From positions 129,181-193,180 of the forward strand of contig JALNXY010000002.1 of assembly GCA_023230105.1 (NCBI GenBank): a stretch of 64,000 nucleotides of DNA. Direction: 5' to 3'. Positions 62,423 through 64,000 of this stretch are shown piece by piece (within the stretch, counting starts at the first letter, position 1; each line of letters starts with the position of its first letter). Below the pieces are notes generated by a model that saw nothing but the letters and a program-made list of their open reading frames with translations, was not told the origin of the DNA and ran no database searches. The translations under genes and the position numbers were made by a program. This stretch comes from Verrucomicrobiota bacterium. Lineage in GTDB: Bacteria > Verrucomicrobiota > Verrucomicrobiia > Limisphaerales > UBA1412.

Positions 62423-64000
62423 TACTTCAATCACTCTGTGACTACTACCGGCGCAAAGCCGATTCGGGAAATATTGCACCGACCGGGCTCCAATACAAAG
62501 AGATTCCCTTCATTGTCGTCATTGACTCCGACGGGAATTTCCTGCGCATTGAAGATACCCGCGAGGGAGAAGGAAAAACCAAAAGAGCAAAAGCCTTTCT
62601 TGTTCCGGCTGAAATAAAAAGAACAAGTGGGGTCAAAGCAAATCTGTTGTGGGATACGGCAGAATACTCACTCGGAATTTCGGAAAATGCGAATAAGAAA
62701 ACCGAGGAGAAACGACTGGCCTTTTTGAAGAAATTGGAGGAAACCTTCATAGACGCTCCTGCGCTCGATATCGTGAAGCCCCTAATTCACTTCCTCAAAA
62801 GCAATCCGGCCCAGAACATCTCCGACACTTTAAACAAAGGGTGCAATGAATCGTCCTTGAAAATTTGGAGCGATGAAATCTCCAAAGGCAAAGTCAACCT
62901 CACCTTTAAACTGGACGGGGACTCAAATACTTTTGCCGATAATGAGGCATTACGAGATTCCTACCTGAATTCGGAAAAATCAGAAACGTCTGGTTCTGTG
63001 CGTTGTCTGATAACGGGCGATAAGTGCATTCCGGAAGCCACACACCCAAGCATTAAAAATGTATTGGGAGCTCAGTCCTCCGGAGCGGCATTGATTTCTT
63101 TTAATCTGAGCGCATTCAAGTCATTCGGGAAAGATCAAAACCATAATGCCCCCGTATCAGAGGAAGCGGCATTTAAATATACAACGGCTCTCAATCAATT
63201 ACTGGAAAAGGGCTCAAATAATAAAGTCACTATAGGCGACAGTACCACCGTGTTTTGGGCCGAGAAAAAGAATCCTTTGGAGGATGATTTTCCCGCATTT
63301 TTTGGATATGCCGCCAAAGATAACCCGGACGCAGAAATTAATGCCGTTAGGAATCTTTATCACGGCGTTTATACAGGCAGAGGAACAGAGGACTCCTCCA
63401 CCCGCTTCTATGTTTTGGGGCTATCCCCAAACGCATCGAGAATCTCGGTGAGGTTTTGGCTACGTGGCTCTGTTTCTGAATTTGCAAAGAATATCAAACA
63501 ACATTTCGACGATTTAGAAATTGTCAGGCCCCCCAAAGATCAGGGGCACTATTCACTATTCTGGATATTGTCTGCAATATCCCAGGAAAACAAAACCAGC
63601 AACGTTCCATCTGTGATTGCAGGCAACATTGTTAAATCAATCCTTACAGGTGAATGCTACCCACAAACCATGCTGCAGCAAACTCTGCGGAGAATCCGCG
63701 CTACTCAGGATGTCTCCCGCATTCGTGCTGCCGTTTTGAAAGCTCATTTGAACCGTTTTAACCGTATTTATCAAAAACCAGAAAAGGAAATAACTATGTC
63801 ACTGGATACTGAAAACAAGAACATCGGATATCTTCTGGGGAGGCTCTTTTCCGCCCTGGAGAAAATTCAAGAGGATGCAAATCCCGGATTAAACGCGACG
63901 ATCAAAGATCGTTTTTATGGTGCTGCTTCTGCAACACCGGTCACCGTATTCCCTCAACTTCTTAAATTGGCACAGCATCATCTGTCAAAAATGGATAACG
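62419..64000 (+). CDS. cas8c: Type I-C large subunit Cas8c (Csd1), truncated by the right window edge
   Basis: Not in the track (no stop in the window). ATGA overlap with cas5. Manual translation is open to the end: MILQSLCDYYRRKADSGNIAPTGLQYKEIPFIVVIDSDGNFLRIEDTR...RFYVLGLSPNASRISVRFW... Confidence 0.88.
   Translation, partial: MILQSLCDYYRRKADSGNIAPTGLQYKEIPFIVVIDSDGNFLRIEDTREGEGKTKRAKAFLVPAEIKRTSGVKANLLWDTAEYSLGISENANKKTEEKRLAFLKKLEETFIDAPALDIVKPLIHFLKSNPAQNISDTLNKGCNESSLKIWSDEISKGKVNLTFKLDGDSNTFADNEALRDSYLNSEKSETSGSVRCLITGDKCIPEATHPSIKNVLGAQSSGAALISFNLSAFKSFGKDQNHNAPVSEEAAFKYTTALNQLLEKGSNNKVTIGDSTTVFWAEKKNPLEDDFPAFFGYAAKDNPDAEINAVRNLYHGVYTGRGTEDSSTRFYVLGLSPNASRISVRFWLRGSVSEFAKNIKQHFDDLEIVRPPKDQGHYSLFWILSAISQENKTSNVPSVIAGNIVKSILTGECYPQTMLQQTLRRIRATQDVSRIRAAVLKAHLNRFNRIYQKPEKEITMSLDTENKNIGYLLGRLFSALEKIQEDANPGLNATIKDRFYGAASATPVTVFPQLLKLAQHHLSKMDN
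63796..64000 (+). CDS. cas11: Predicted internally translated small subunit Cas11c, in frame within the cas8c 3' part (partial)
   Basis: In-frame ATG (codon 460 of cas8c), preceded by AAGGAAA 7 nt upstream. Product MSLDTENKNIGYLLGRLFSALEKIQEDANPGLNATIKDRFYGAASATPVTVFPQLLKLAQHHLSK has the helical small-subunit character described for I-C systems. Confidence 0.5.
   Translation, partial: MSLDTENKNIGYLLGRLFSALEKIQEDANPGLNATIKDRFYGAASATPVTVFPQLLKLAQHHLSKMDN

Overview
64 kb chromosomal window, mid-50s % GC by eye. Gene content looks like a PVC-superphylum (Verrucomicrobiota-like) heterotroph; this is an inference from gene families only. I call about 57 protein genes, 2 tRNAs, and no rRNA, transposase, integrase or CRISPR array. 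Housekeeping genes: pilT/pilB, pheS, rplT, rpmI, aroC, yebC-like, hisH, comM, nadD, ptsH, ffh, recA, tRNA-Gln, tRNA-Tyr. They are interleaved with secreted glycan-processing genes: GH5, BNR sialidase-SGNH esterase fusion, ThuA-DUF1080, two xylose-isomerase-like TIM barrels, a TAT-exported Gfo/Idh/MocA oxidoreductase and a NodB deacetylase. An envelope polysaccharide group is also present: DegT aminotransferase, O-antigen-ligase-like protein, NAD epimerase and two pseudopilins. Four parts stand out. (1) 7.4-14.9 kb: an ECF sigma/anti-sigma operon followed by three tandem paralogues of a ~600-aa secreted protein I cannot assign to a function. The third copy sits behind a duplicated copy of the sigma-factor upstream region fused to a relic of the paralogue-1 3' end. 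(2) 33.8-38.4 kb: znuACB preceded by a perfect 11-1-11 palindrome, directly downstream of a dksA-like/rpmG/rpsR string whose products all lack zinc-ribbon cysteines, plus a 152-aa ORF resembling the first membrane helices of a P1B metal ATPase. (3) 21.8-22.8 kb: an XRE/ImmA-like pair whose protease has YExxH instead of HExxH and is visibly lower in GC. (4) 59.4 kb to the end: the start of a type I-C CRISPR-Cas operon (cas3-cas5c-cas8c) in which cas3 is interrupted by an in-frame TAG inside the HD domain. I cannot demonstrate a new system from sequence alone. The best candidate for something undescribed is the ECF-controlled triplicated secreted-protein module. Many long ORFs in the track are antisense shadows of real genes and were rejected.
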